This document shows positions 39,218 to 48,383 of a DNA stretch of 64,000 bases, piece after piece. Both the position numbers and the translations under genes were made by a program. Origin of the DNA: an uncultured Verrucomicrobiae bacterium (GTDB lineage Bacteria > Verrucomicrobiota > Verrucomicrobiia > Chthoniobacterales > JAATET01); assembly GCA_963719495.1 (NCBI GenBank), contig CAVRCI010000013.1, positions 64,001-128,000 on the forward strand. Direction: 5' to 3'. Every line of letters starts with the position of its first letter. Position 1 is the stretch's first letter. The notes under the pieces were generated by a model, which was given only the letters and a program-made list of their open reading frames with translations, did no database searches and was not told the origin of the DNA.

Positions 39218-40569
39218 AAAAGTCGCCCGGATCGTTTCAAAAATCTCCCACGCGTCGTCACGTCCGACCCGTCGCGCCGCACCAACCGCTCCCCGCGCAG
39301 AAACGACTCGCGCAGCCGCAGCCCGAGCCTCTTCCCGACGTAGGGCGAAGTCTGGTGCCGCGTGAGCAATTCCCCCCGCGTGATCGCGCGATCCTCGCCC
39401 GACTCGACCACGATGAGATCCGCGTCGGCCCCCACCACCAGTCCCCGTTTCTCCAAACCCAACCGGCCCGCCGGAGCCGTCGTCAAAGCCCGCCAGACCT
39501 CCGGCAACCGACCGACCTCGCGCGTCAGCAGCGAATCGAGCAGCAGCAAAAATCCGTGCTGACACCCCATGATCCCGCCCCAAGCCGCGAACAGATCGTC
39601 CCCGGTCTTCATCGAAGCCGGCGCCGGCGAATGATCCGACCCGATCACATCCACCGCGCCCCCGAGCACCAGATCCCGCATCGCCCGCACCGTCGCCTTC
39701 GGCCGCAGCGGCGGCGCGCACTTGGCCATGGCCCCCTGCACCATCATTTCGTCCTGGTCCAACAGCAGGTGATGCGCGCACACCTCCATCGTCACGTCCG
39801 CCCCCGCCGCTCGCGCGTCCGCGATCCGCGCCGCCGCCTCCGGGCAACTCACGTGCACGACGTGCAGCGCGCAGCCCGTCTCCCCCGCCAGCTCCAGCGC
39901 CACCCGCACCGCCTCGACCTCCGCCGCCACCGGCCGCGAGTCCAAAAAAGCCCGCGCGTCCGTTCGCCCCGCCGCCCGCAGGATTCGCGTCTGCTCCACG
40001 ATGATCCCCGCATCCTCCGCGTGCACCGCCACCGGCAGCCCCAACCGCGCCGCCTCCCGCATCCCCCGCCGCAAAGTCGCCGCGTCAACGCCCGGAAAAT
40101 CCTCCACCCCACTGTCGATCATGAACGCCTTGAACCCCACGACACCCGCGTCCGCCAGCTCCTCCATCCGCTCCGCGTTCCCCGGAACCAACCCGCCCCA
40201 AAGCGCGAAATCCAACACCGAGTTCGCCTCCCCCGCCGCCCGCTTCGCGTCGAACGACGCGCGATCAATCGTCGGCGGCGAAGCGTTCAGCGGCATGTCG
40301 ACAAACGTCGTCCCGCCCCCCGCGGCCAACGCCCGCGACCCCGAAGCAAAACCCTCCCACTCCGTCCGCCCCGGCTCATTGAAATGCACGTGCCCATCCA
40401 GCACCCCCGCCAGCACCCACGCCCCCGTCGCGTCCACCACCTCGTCCGCATCCTCGCCCACACCCGGCCCGATCTCGACGATCCGCCCATTCCGGATCCG
40501 CACATCGGCGAACCGCACCGCGTCGTCCACCACGACCCGCCCCCCCTTGATCAAAAGCCCGTTTTGCAC
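39214..40569 (-). CDS. allB: Allantoinase
   Basis: DGHVHFNEPGRTEWEGF, DMPLN, GFKAFM, VHAED, KCAPPLR and SDHSP; purine catabolism context. Confidence 0.93.
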   Translation of the reverse strand: MQNGLLIKGGRVVVDDAVRFADVRIRNGRIVEIGPGVGEDADEVVDATGAWVLAGVLDGHVHFNEPGRTEWEGFASGSRALAAGGGTTFVDMPLNASPPTIDRASFDAKRAAGEANSVLDFALWGGLVPGNAERMEELADAGVVGFKAFMIDSGVEDFPGVDAATLRRGMREAARLGLPVAVHAEDAGIIVEQTRILRAAGRTDARAFLDSRPVAAEVEAVRVALELAGETGCALHVVHVSCPEAAARIADARAAGADVTMEVCAHHLLLDQDEMMVQGAMAKCAPPLRPKATVRAMRDLVLGGAVDVIGSDHSPAPASMKTGDDLFAAWGGIMGCQHGFLLLLDSLLTREVGRLPEVWRALTTAPAGRLGLEKRGLVVGADADLIVVESGEDRAITRGELLTRHQTSPYVGKRLGLRLRESFLRGERLVRRDGSDVTTRGRFLKRSGRLL

Positions 40570-40691
40570 GCGGTCATCTAAATGGCAAATTCGAAATGAG
40601 GAATGAGAAATGGTCACCCGCCTCCGGCGGCGTCGTCCAAACCTCCGGCCCACCGGGGCCGCACTCCATTTCTAATTCCCCATTCCAAATT

Positions 40692-41903
40692 TCAAATTCC
40701 CCCCAAACCCCGAAGAAACGAACAAAACACCCGCAGCGCCACCGCGACGTCCTCCGTCGCGACGAATTCCTCCGGGTGATGACTCAGCCCACCCCGGCAC
40801 CGCACGAACACCATCGACGTCGGGCACCGCGTTGCCATCACCATCGCGTCGTGCCCCGCCCCGCTCCCCAGCCGCAGCACTGGATGCCCCGCCTCCCCCA
40901 CCGCCGCCTCGAACCGCGCCGTGAGATCGTCGTCGAACTCCACCGCCCGCAGCGAATCCACCACGTCCCAATCGAACCCCAACCCCCGCCGCGCGCAAAT
41001 CTCCGCCAGCCGCTCGCGCAACCCCGCGCAAGCCGTCCCCAGCTCCGCGTCCGACGCGTGCCGCACGTCCAACGAAAACACCGCCTCACCCGGGATCACG
41101 TTCCCCGCCCCCGGCCGAAATTCCATCGTCCCAATCGTCGCCACCAGCCAGGCCGTCTCCCGCGCCAACCGCTCCGCCGCCACCGCGAACTCCGCCGCCC
41201 CCACTCCCGCGTCCAACCGCACCCCCATCGGGGTCGTCCCCGCGTGCCCCGCCCGCCCCTCGAGCCGCACCGCGATCCGGTTCTGGGCGTTGATCCCCGT
41301 CACCAGCCCGACCGGCAGCCCCGCCGCCTCGAGCGCCGGCCCCTGCTCGATGTGCACCTCCACGTATCCCATCACCCGCCCCGCCGGCCACCGCGGCGCC
41401 AGATATTCCCCATTCCCAAAATCCAACAGCGCCTCGCGCAAAGACACCCCCGCCCGGTCCCGCAGCCCCAGATCGTCCTCGGTCAGCAAACCCGCCACCG
41501 CCTTGCTCCCCAGGCACCCAGCCTGAAACCGCAACCCTTCCTCGTCGCTGAACCCATACGTCTCCAGCGAAAACTCCGGCTCCCAACCCTCCGCCCGCAG
41601 CACCTCCACCGCCGCGATCGGCAGCAGCACCCCCAGAATCCCATCGAACCGCCCCGCGTTCCGCACCGTATCCAGGTGCGACCCCGTCAGCATCACCCGG
41701 TCGCCAGCCCCCTCGAAGCGCCCCACCAGATTCCCCGCCCCGTCGACCCGCGTCGACATCCCCGCCCCGCGCATCCACTCCGCCACCAGCGCGTTCGCCT
41801 CCCCCATCGCCGGCGACAAAAACGTTCGCGTCACCCCGCCCGGCTCATCCGTCAAAGCCGCCAAAGCGTCCACCCGCCCCACCAACCGCTCCGCCGCACT
41901 CAC
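40692..41903 (-). CDS. allC: Allantoate amidohydrolase (M20 family)
   Basis: GSHLDTV, GRFDGILG, DEEG, EVHIEQGP, GHAGTTPM, SGAGHDA and SHHPEE. Confidence 0.9.
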   Translation of the reverse strand: MSAAERLVGRVDALAALTDEPGGVTRTFLSPAMGEANALVAEWMRGAGMSTRVDGAGNLVGRFEGAGDRVMLTGSHLDTVRNAGRFDGILGVLLPIAAVEVLRAEGWEPEFSLETYGFSDEEGLRFQAGCLGSKAVAGLLTEDDLGLRDRAGVSLREALLDFGNGEYLAPRWPAGRVMGYVEVHIEQGPALEAAGLPVGLVTGINAQNRIAVRLEGRAGHAGTTPMGVRLDAGVGAAEFAVAAERLARETAWLVATIGTMEFRPGAGNVIPGEAVFSLDVRHASDAELGTACAGLRERLAEICARRGLGFDWDVVDSLRAVEFDDDLTARFEAAVGEAGHPVLRLGSGAGHDAMVMATRCPTSMVFVRCRGGLSHHPEEFVATEDVAVALRVFCSFLRGLGGI

Positions 41904-41939
41904 CCACCATTCACCATTCACCATTCACCCATCACCAGC

Positions 41940-42269
41940 TCAAGACCCGCGATACGTCGAATAACTCCACGGCGTGCAAAGCAACGGCACGTGCCACCCC
42001 GCCCCCGCGTCCCCGATCCGAAACCGCACCGGCACCACCCCCAGAAAACCCTCCGCGTCCCCAAAGTAATCCCCCACGTGAAACCGCAACTCGAACGTCC
42101 CCTCCCGCATCTCCTCCGCCGCCAGCATTGGCGACGCCGTCCGCCCATCGTCGTTGGTCACCACGTCCTTGAGCAGCCCGCCCATGTCGTCCACCAACTC
42201 GATCCGAAAACGCGCCGCCGGGCCACCCTTCACCAGATCCAACACGTGCGTCGTCAACTTCCCAGCCAT
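41940..42269 (-). CDS. uraH: 5-hydroxyisourate hydrolase
   Basis: LTTHVLD, TNDDGR, HVPLL and C-terminal YSTYRGS. Confidence 0.95.
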   Translation of the reverse strand: MAGKLTTHVLDLVKGGPAARFRIELVDDMGGLLKDVVTNDDGRTASPMLAAEEMREGTFELRFHVGDYFGDAEGFLGVVPVRFRIGDAGAGWHVPLLCTPWSYSTYRGS

Positions 42270-42313
42270 GATTCCCAGACACTTCGCGGCAACCCGCCAA
42301 CGCGCGAGAAAAT

Positions 42314-42823
42314 TCAGTCCGTCACCCGGTCCAACGTCCGCAATCGCGCGATTTTCTTGATCTCCAAAATGGCCGCCCGCCCCTCCGCCTCCGCGTCGTT
42401 CGTCAACCGCCGATCGAACTCCGCCAGGATTCCCAACTTCGAATGCTCCCGCGCACAAATGATGAACGGAAACCCAAACCGCGCCCGGTAAGCCGCGTTC
42501 CGCTCCGAAAAAGCCACCCTCTCCCCGTCCGTCAACGCGTCCAACCCCGCCCCCGCCTGCTCCCCCGTCGACTCCGCCGTCAACCGCCCCGCCGCCGCCA
42601 ACTTCCCCGCCAGATCCGGGTGCGCGCAGATCAGGTCCAACCGCTCCCCCTCCGCCGCCGAGTCGACAACGCCCTCCATCGCCACGACCAGCGCGTCGCG
42701 ATCCGCAAAAGGCCGACGAAGCCAGGCCCGCTCCGCCACCCACGGCGAGTGCTCCCAAATCCCAGCGAGCGCCACCCCGAAAGCCCCCCGATTCATCCCA
42801 TTGAGTTCCGCGACAACCACCAT
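42314..42823 (-). CDS. uraD: OHCU decarboxylase
   Basis: WEHSPWVAE, AHPDLAG, EQAGAGL, Y..RFGFPFII and KIARLR. Confidence 0.95.
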   Translation of the reverse strand: MVVVAELNGMNRGAFGVALAGIWEHSPWVAERAWLRRPFADRDALVVAMEGVVDSAAEGERLDLICAHPDLAGKLAAAGRLTAESTGEQAGAGLDALTDGERVAFSERNAAYRARFGFPFIICAREHSKLGILAEFDRRLTNDAEAEGRAAILEIKKIARLRTLDRVTD

Positions 42824-42880
42824 CGACCACCCACCACACCACACCCCACCAAAAAAAGCCCACCCAATCCCCCACCCACC

Positions 42881-42916
42881 TGCAAAACTTCGATGCGGCC
42901 GCATCGAAGTTTTGCA
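42881..42916. repeat. 36-bp perfect palindrome in the uraD/uricase divergent region
   Basis: TGCAAAACTTCGATGCGG|CCGCATCGAAGTTTTGCA; same core as 23340-23375. Confidence 0.9.
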
Positions 42917-43040
42917 CGCTCTCGGCTCCACGCGCCCAAGAGATCGCCGCACCCATGAAATTCCGTGCCCACATCCGCCCAGTCGCCGTTGTCCACCATT
43001 CACTATTCACCATTCACCAATCCCTGTATCCTCCCCCAAC

Positions 43041-43880
43041 ATGGCAACACTCGGCACCAATCGTTACGGCAAGCAATGCGTCCGCGTCCTCCGCAAGCAC
43101 GTTGACGGCGACACCCAATCCGTCGTCGAGATCAACGCCGACGTCCTCCTCGAAGGCAGCTTCGAGCGAAGCTTCCTCTCCGACGACAACTCGCAGATCG
43201 TTGCCACCGACACCTGCAAGAACACCATCATCGCCCTCGCCCACCAGCACCTCGGCCCCTGCGTCGAACACTTCGCCATCACGCTCGGTCGCCACTTCCT
43301 CGACACCCACGCCCACGTCGACCGCGTCCACGTCGAGCTCCGTGAATTCACCTGGCAACGCCTCACCGTCGACGGCCACCCGGCCCCCCACTCCTTCCAA
43401 GCCGCCGCCGGAGGCCAACCCTTCACCCGCCTCCTCGCCACCCGCGACGGCACGACCCTCCACTCCGGCATCCGCCATCTCGTCATCCTCAACTCGACGA
43501 ACTCCGCCTTCGTCGGCTTCGACCACACCGACTTCACCACCCTCCCCGACGCCACCGACCGCATTCTCTCCACCGAGCTCGCCGCCACCTGGAAATTCGA
43601 AAATCTCGAAGCCAACTTCCGCGAAGCCAACCAAAGAATCCGCGAATCCCTCCTGAGCGTCTTCGCCAAAAACTTCAGCCCCTCCGTCCAGCGCACCCTC
43701 TTCCAAATGGGCGAAGCGGCGTTGGCCAACGCCCCCGAGATCGCCGAAATCGACCTCAGCATGCCCAACAAACACTACTTCACGGCCAACCTAACCCCGC
43801 TAGGAATGGAGAACGAAAACCTGACCTTCCTACCCGCCGACGACCCCCACGGCCAAATCGAAGCCACGATCACGCGATAG
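43041..43880 (+). CDS. pucL: Factor-independent urate oxidase (uricase)
   Basis: NRYGK, ATDTCKNT, TTLPDATDRILST, SPSVQ.TL, MPNKHY and PHGQI. Confidence 0.94.
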   Translation: MATLGTNRYGKQCVRVLRKHVDGDTQSVVEINADVLLEGSFERSFLSDDNSQIVATDTCKNTIIALAHQHLGPCVEHFAITLGRHFLDTHAHVDRVHVELREFTWQRLTVDGHPAPHSFQAAAGGQPFTRLLATRDGTTLHSGIRHLVILNSTNSAFVGFDHTDFTTLPDATDRILSTELAATWKFENLEANFREANQRIRESLLSVFAKNFSPSVQRTLFQMGEAALANAPEIAEIDLSMPNKHYFTANLTPLGMENENLTFLPADDPHGQIEATITR

Positions 43881-44029
43881 CAACCCCGCCGAAGCCCCCC
43901 TCAAAGACCCTGTCACGCTGAGCGAAGCGAAGCATCTCTGGCTTACACTCAAAAACCGCCCACCCAGCCCGCCAAACCACCGAATTTCACCAGCCACGTC
44001 ACGCCACCCCACGCATTCCCTTTCACCCT

Positions 44030-45295
44030 TTGCGACCTTTGCGACCTTCTGTTCAAAATCAGCCCACCAACGCGCCCCCGACCCGCCACCGAGTTGTCGT
44101 CACCGCCCTCGGCCTGATCACCCCCCTCGGCCCCGACGCCCCCACCAACACCACCGCCCTCCGCGAAGCCCGCGACTGCATCACCCCCGTCACCACCTTC
44201 GACGTCACCAAATGCCGCGCAAAGACCGCCGGCCAGATCGACGACACCTGGCTCGCCGCCGCGACCACCATCGTCCCCCGAGCCCACCAGTGGTCCCGCG
44301 CCTCTCAGATGATGCTCCTAGCCGTCGCCGAAGCCCACCGGGCCGCCCCCGATTTCCAACCCGACATCACCGTCATCGGCACCACCAGCGGAGGAATGAC
44401 CGTCGGCGAAGACTTCTACCGAGCCGCCCAAGCCGCTGCCACCACGCGCATTCCCGCCCACCACGCCCGCGCCCTCCGCGGCTACGTCCCCCAGCAACCC
44501 GCCCTCGACGCCACCGCCCCGTTCGGATTCGACGCTCCGATCCGCACCCTCTCCAACGCCTGCGCCTCCGGCACCAACGCCATCGGCCACGCCTTCCAAC
44601 TCGTCCGCTCCGGTCGCGCCCGGCGTGCCCTCGCCGGCGGCTACGACGCCCTCTCCGAACTCACCTTCGCCGGCTTCGACGCCCTCCAAGCCTCCACCGG
44701 CGAGCGCCCCCGCCCCTTCGACCGCGACCGCACCGGCCTCGCCCTCGGCGAAGGAGCCGCTGTCCTTTTCCTGGAAACCCTCGAAGACGCCCGCGCCGCC
44801 GGTCACCCCATCCTCGCCGAGATCACCGGCTACGGCGACTCGACCGACAACCACCACCTCACCCAACCCAACCCCGACGGCTCCGGTCCCCGCCGCGCCA
44901 TGGAAATCGCCCTCGCCGACGCCCACCTCACCGGCGACCGGATCGACTACGTCAACGCCCACGGCACCGCCACCCCCTTCAACGACGCCTGCGAGGCCAC
45001 CGCCATCGCCGCCGTCTGCCCCCGGGCTGCCGTCAGCAGCACGAAGGGCCAGATGGGCCACTCCCTCGGCGCCGCCGGAGCTATCGAAGCCGCCTTCATC
45101 ATCCTCGCCATGCAAGGCCAATTCCTCCCCGCCAACCTTCATTTCGAAAATTCCGACGAAGGCGTCGACCTCGACATCATCGCCAACACCATCCGGGAAA
45201 AACCCCCAACCCGAGCCGCATCGAACTCCCTGGGCTTCGGAGGAGCCAACGCCACCCTCATCCTCGAACGCTTCGACCCAGAAAAAGCCCCCTAA
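44030..45295 (+). CDS. Beta-ketoacyl-ACP synthase (FabF/KS type)
   Basis: Cys-His-His triad: NACASG, NAHGTAT, GHSLGAAG; SNSLGFGGAN. Start uncertain (TTG inside a repeat). Confidence 0.92.
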   Translation: MRPLRPSVQNQPTNAPPTRHRVVVTALGLITPLGPDAPTNTTALREARDCITPVTTFDVTKCRAKTAGQIDDTWLAAATTIVPRAHQWSRASQMMLLAVAEAHRAAPDFQPDITVIGTTSGGMTVGEDFYRAAQAAATTRIPAHHARALRGYVPQQPALDATAPFGFDAPIRTLSNACASGTNAIGHAFQLVRSGRARRALAGGYDALSELTFAGFDALQASTGERPRPFDRDRTGLALGEGAAVLFLETLEDARAAGHPILAEITGYGDSTDNHHLTQPNPDGSGPRRAMEIALADAHLTGDRIDYVNAHGTATPFNDACEATAIAAVCPRAAVSSTKGQMGHSLGAAGAIEAAFIILAMQGQFLPANLHFENSDEGVDLDIIANTIREKPPTRAASNSLGFGGANATLILERFDPEKAP

Positions 45296-45437
45296 ACCAA
45301 GGCATTCGCCAAAACCTGTCATGCTGAGCGAAGCGAAGCATCTCTGACTTACACTCCCTCACCCTCACCCCACCCAGCCCGCCATCAACCCCGCCACCAA
45401 CACCCTCACCATCCAAGGCACCGGCTGGGTCACCCCC

Positions 45438-46433
45438 TTGGGCCGAGACGTCCCCACCGTCACCGCGGCCATCCACCGCGGCGAGACGCCCCCGATCCAT
45501 CACGTCGAAAATCCCCACACCCACCGCCCGCACCCCGTCTACCGCGTCGACCGCACCCACCTCGCCGACACCGAAAAGCTCCGCCGCCTCCGCCGCTCCA
45601 GCACCATTTCCCACCTCGCCGTCGCCGCCGCCCTCGACGCCCTGGCCGACGCCGGCCTCACGGACACCCCGCCCGACCGCACCGCCCTCCTCTTCGCCGC
45701 CAGCGACGGCGGCGTCATTTACACGCGCAAATTCTTCGCCGAGATCGCCGAACGCGGCACCCAGGCCGGCAGCCCCCTCCTCTTCCCCGAGACCGTCTAC
45801 AACGCCCCCGTCAGCCACATCGCCGCCGCCCTCGGTATCACCGGCACCTCCTCGACCCTCGTCGGTGACGCCATAGCCGCATCATCCGCCCTCGCCTACG
45901 CCGCCGACCTCCTCGCCACCGACCAATGCGACCACGCCATCGTCGTCGCCGCCGAAGAAGCCGACTGGATCATCTGCGAAGGCTACGCCCGCTGGAAGAT
46001 GGCCACCCGCACCGACCGCCTCACCCCCTTCGAAAACACCGGCACCCTCTTCGCCGAAGGAGCCGCCGCCTTGGTCTTTTCCCGACCAAACGGCGAGACC
46101 GATCACCCCCAACTCGACCTCGCCCCCATCCGAGTCTACCGCGACCGAGCCCAGGCCCGCACCGCCCTCACCACCCTCATCGGCGACACCCGCCCCGCCC
46201 AAATCGTCGCCTCCGCCAACGGCACCCGCCTCGACGCCATCGAAGCCGACACCCTCGCCGCCACCTTCCCCGGCATCCCGATCCTCACCCCGAAAGCCTC
46301 CCTCGGCGAAGCCTTCGCCGCCAGCACCCTCGCCCAGATCGTCCTCGCCACCCGCCTCCCCGGCGAAACCCTCGTCACCACCGTCGGCCTCAACAACCAG
46401 CTTTCCGCCGCCACGGTGACGAATTTGCATTGA
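45438..46433 (+). CDS. Ketosynthase-like protein without catalytic Cys (chain-length-factor-like)
   Basis: LRRLRRSS, SPLLFPETVYNAP, AEGAAALV and K..LGE; VGDAIAA where the Cys loop should be. Homology extends upstream to ~45405. Confidence 0.8.
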   Translation: MGRDVPTVTAAIHRGETPPIHHVENPHTHRPHPVYRVDRTHLADTEKLRRLRRSSTISHLAVAAALDALADAGLTDTPPDRTALLFAASDGGVIYTRKFFAEIAERGTQAGSPLLFPETVYNAPVSHIAAALGITGTSSTLVGDAIAASSALAYAADLLATDQCDHAIVVAAEEADWIICEGYARWKMATRTDRLTPFENTGTLFAEGAAALVFSRPNGETDHPQLDLAPIRVYRDRAQARTALTTLIGDTRPAQIVASANGTRLDAIEADTLAATFPGIPILTPKASLGEAFAASTLAQIVLATRLPGETLVTTVGLNNQLSAATVTNLH

Positions 46434-46473
46434 ATTATCCGCGCCCATCCGCGTCCATCCGTGGTTCCAGAAT

Positions 46474-47001
46474 ATGAAAATCGTCAAAGGCTGCCTCATC
46501 GTCCTCGCCGTCCTCTTCCTCCTGCTCGCCGCGGGTGCGACCTACGTCTACGTGAACCGCGACAAGATTCTGAACAGCGTCACCGACGCCATCAGCGAAA
46601 CCGCACTGGCCGACAACGCGGTCGTCATCAATCAGCTCGACAAGGCCGCCAACCTGGCAACAACGTTTCCAGAATTCGCCGCCGCCGTGGAGGCCCTCGA
46701 TCTTCCCCCGAACATCATCTACGTCGCCGCCACGGACAACGCCACCACCCTCGCTCCCGACGACCTCGACGACGGTCGCACCCCGATCATCAAGCGCGTC
46801 GACTGGACCGGTCGCACCTACAAAGTCTTCAACGGAATCGGAGCCGCCAGCCTCGAAACTGAACGCGGCCCCATTCCCGCCATCATCATCGAACGAACCG
46901 GCGACTGGAATTACATGGTGGATTACGTCGTCTACCTCGAGCAATCCACCACGGACTCGGCGACACCGGTCGCAACCCCCGGCGAGGAACCCGCCGAATA
47001 G
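46474..47001 (+). CDS. Hypothetical membrane-anchored protein
   Basis: 175-aa ORF with N-terminal KGC + TM segment. Confidence 0.7.
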   Translation: MKIVKGCLIVLAVLFLLLAAGATYVYVNRDKILNSVTDAISETALADNAVVINQLDKAANLATTFPEFAAAVEALDLPPNIIYVAATDNATTLAPDDLDDGRTPIIKRVDWTGRTYKVFNGIGAASLETERGPIPAIIIERTGDWNYMVDYVVYLEQSTTDSATPVATPGEEPAE

Positions 47002-47008
47002 ATTCACC

Positions 47009-47482
47009 ATGTTCACCGTCCGCCACCTCGCCGCCCTCGCGCTCCTCGTCGCGACCCTCACCGGTTGCCAGACCATCGACCCTCAGGTCGCCGCCCGCCG
47101 TGAGGCGATGCGGGCGGCCATCGCCGCCGAACCCGCTGGCGACTACTTCGTCGCCCGGCGATTCTACAAACGGGATTACAAAATCTGGGGCTGGGTCCGC
47201 CAGCCGCGCCAACCGTGGAGCACCGCCAAACTCGTCATGCTCAACGAGTCCAAAATGCTCGCCCCCGACCGCGTCCGCAACGACATCGGCTCCGACAACG
47301 GCTTCGAATACATCCTGAAAGGCCGCTTCTCCGGCGACACGATCTACGAACCATCGAGCAACCGCTTCTTCCCGGAATTCGTCCTCACCGGAGCCGACAT
47401 CCGCACCACCGACCCGGTTTCGATCTTCTCCGACCCAAGGTCCACCGACCCCACCGTCCGGCTGCTCAGCCCACCGATCTGA
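47009..47482 (+). CDS. Hypothetical lipoprotein
   Basis: LTGC lipobox; globular remainder. Confidence 0.75.
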   Translation: MFTVRHLAALALLVATLTGCQTIDPQVAARREAMRAAIAAEPAGDYFVARRFYKRDYKIWGWVRQPRQPWSTAKLVMLNESKMLAPDRVRNDIGSDNGFEYILKGRFSGDTIYEPSSNRFFPEFVLTGADIRTTDPVSIFSDPRSTDPTVRLLSPPI

Positions 47483-47693
47483 TTTTTCTCACGCAGAGGC
47501 GCAGGGACGCAGAGAAATTATAAAAAGCGAAGCTTTCCCAAGCCCCCATTGTCATGCTGAGCGAAGCGAAGCATCTCTGGCTGACACTGCATTTCACCTC
47601 GCCCGCCTGGGAAGCCAGAGATATTTCGCTCCCCTCAATCTGACAGGTCTTGGAAGTGACTCGCCGGACACGAAGCCTCTGGGTAGCCCCCCC

Positions 47694-48317
47694 TCACTCC
47701 GTCCCAAAAAACCGGTCCCCCGCGTCCCCCAACCCCGGGACGATGTAGCCCCGCTCGTCGAGCCGCTCATCCAGCGCCGCCAGAAAAACCGGCACGTCCG
47801 CGTGCGCCTCACCCACCCGCGCGACCCCCTCCGGAGCCCCGATCAGGCACACCAGCCGTAAGTCCCGGCACCCCGCCGCCTTCAGTTGATCCAGCGCGTA
47901 GACCGCACTGTTCCCGGTCGCCAGCATCGGATCGACCACCAGCACCGTCGCCCCCTCGATCCCCGCCGGCATCCGCAGGAAATAAGGCTTTGGCTCCAGC
48001 GTCGTCTCGTCCCGCGCCACTCCGATGTGCCCGATCCGCGCCTCGGGCAGAATCCCAGCCAGCGCCTCCGCCATCCCCAACCCCGCCCGCAGGATCGGCA
48101 CGATCACCACCGGCTTCGCCAGCCGACTCCCCCGGCACGTCGCCAACGGCGTATCAACCATCACCTCCGCCTCCGCCAGCCCCCGCAACGCCTCGTAGCC
48201 CACCAGCAAACTGAGCTCGGCCAGCGTCCGCCGAAACACCTCCATCCCCGTCCCGCCAGCCCGCAGCACCCCGACTTTCTGCCTCACCAAACCATGATCA
48301 ATCACCTCGCAACCCAT
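47694..48317 (-). CDS. upp: Uracil phosphoribosyltransferase
   Basis: [26 protein letters not shown] and [16 protein letters not shown]. Confidence 0.97.
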   Translation of the reverse strand: MGCEVIDHGLVRQKVGVLRAGGTGMEVFRRTLAELSLLVGYEALRGLAEAEVMVDTPLATCRGSRLAKPVVIVPILRAGLGMAEALAGILPEARIGHIGVARDETTLEPKPYFLRMPAGIEGATVLVVDPMLATGNSAVYALDQLKAAGCRDLRLVCLIGAPEGVARVGEAHADVPVFLAALDERLDERGYIVPGLGDAGDRFFGTE

Positions 48318-48383
48318 GGCGCGCGACGCTATCTCTCCCGACTTGAAAATCCCAATCCGAAATCCGAAATCCGAAATCCGCAA

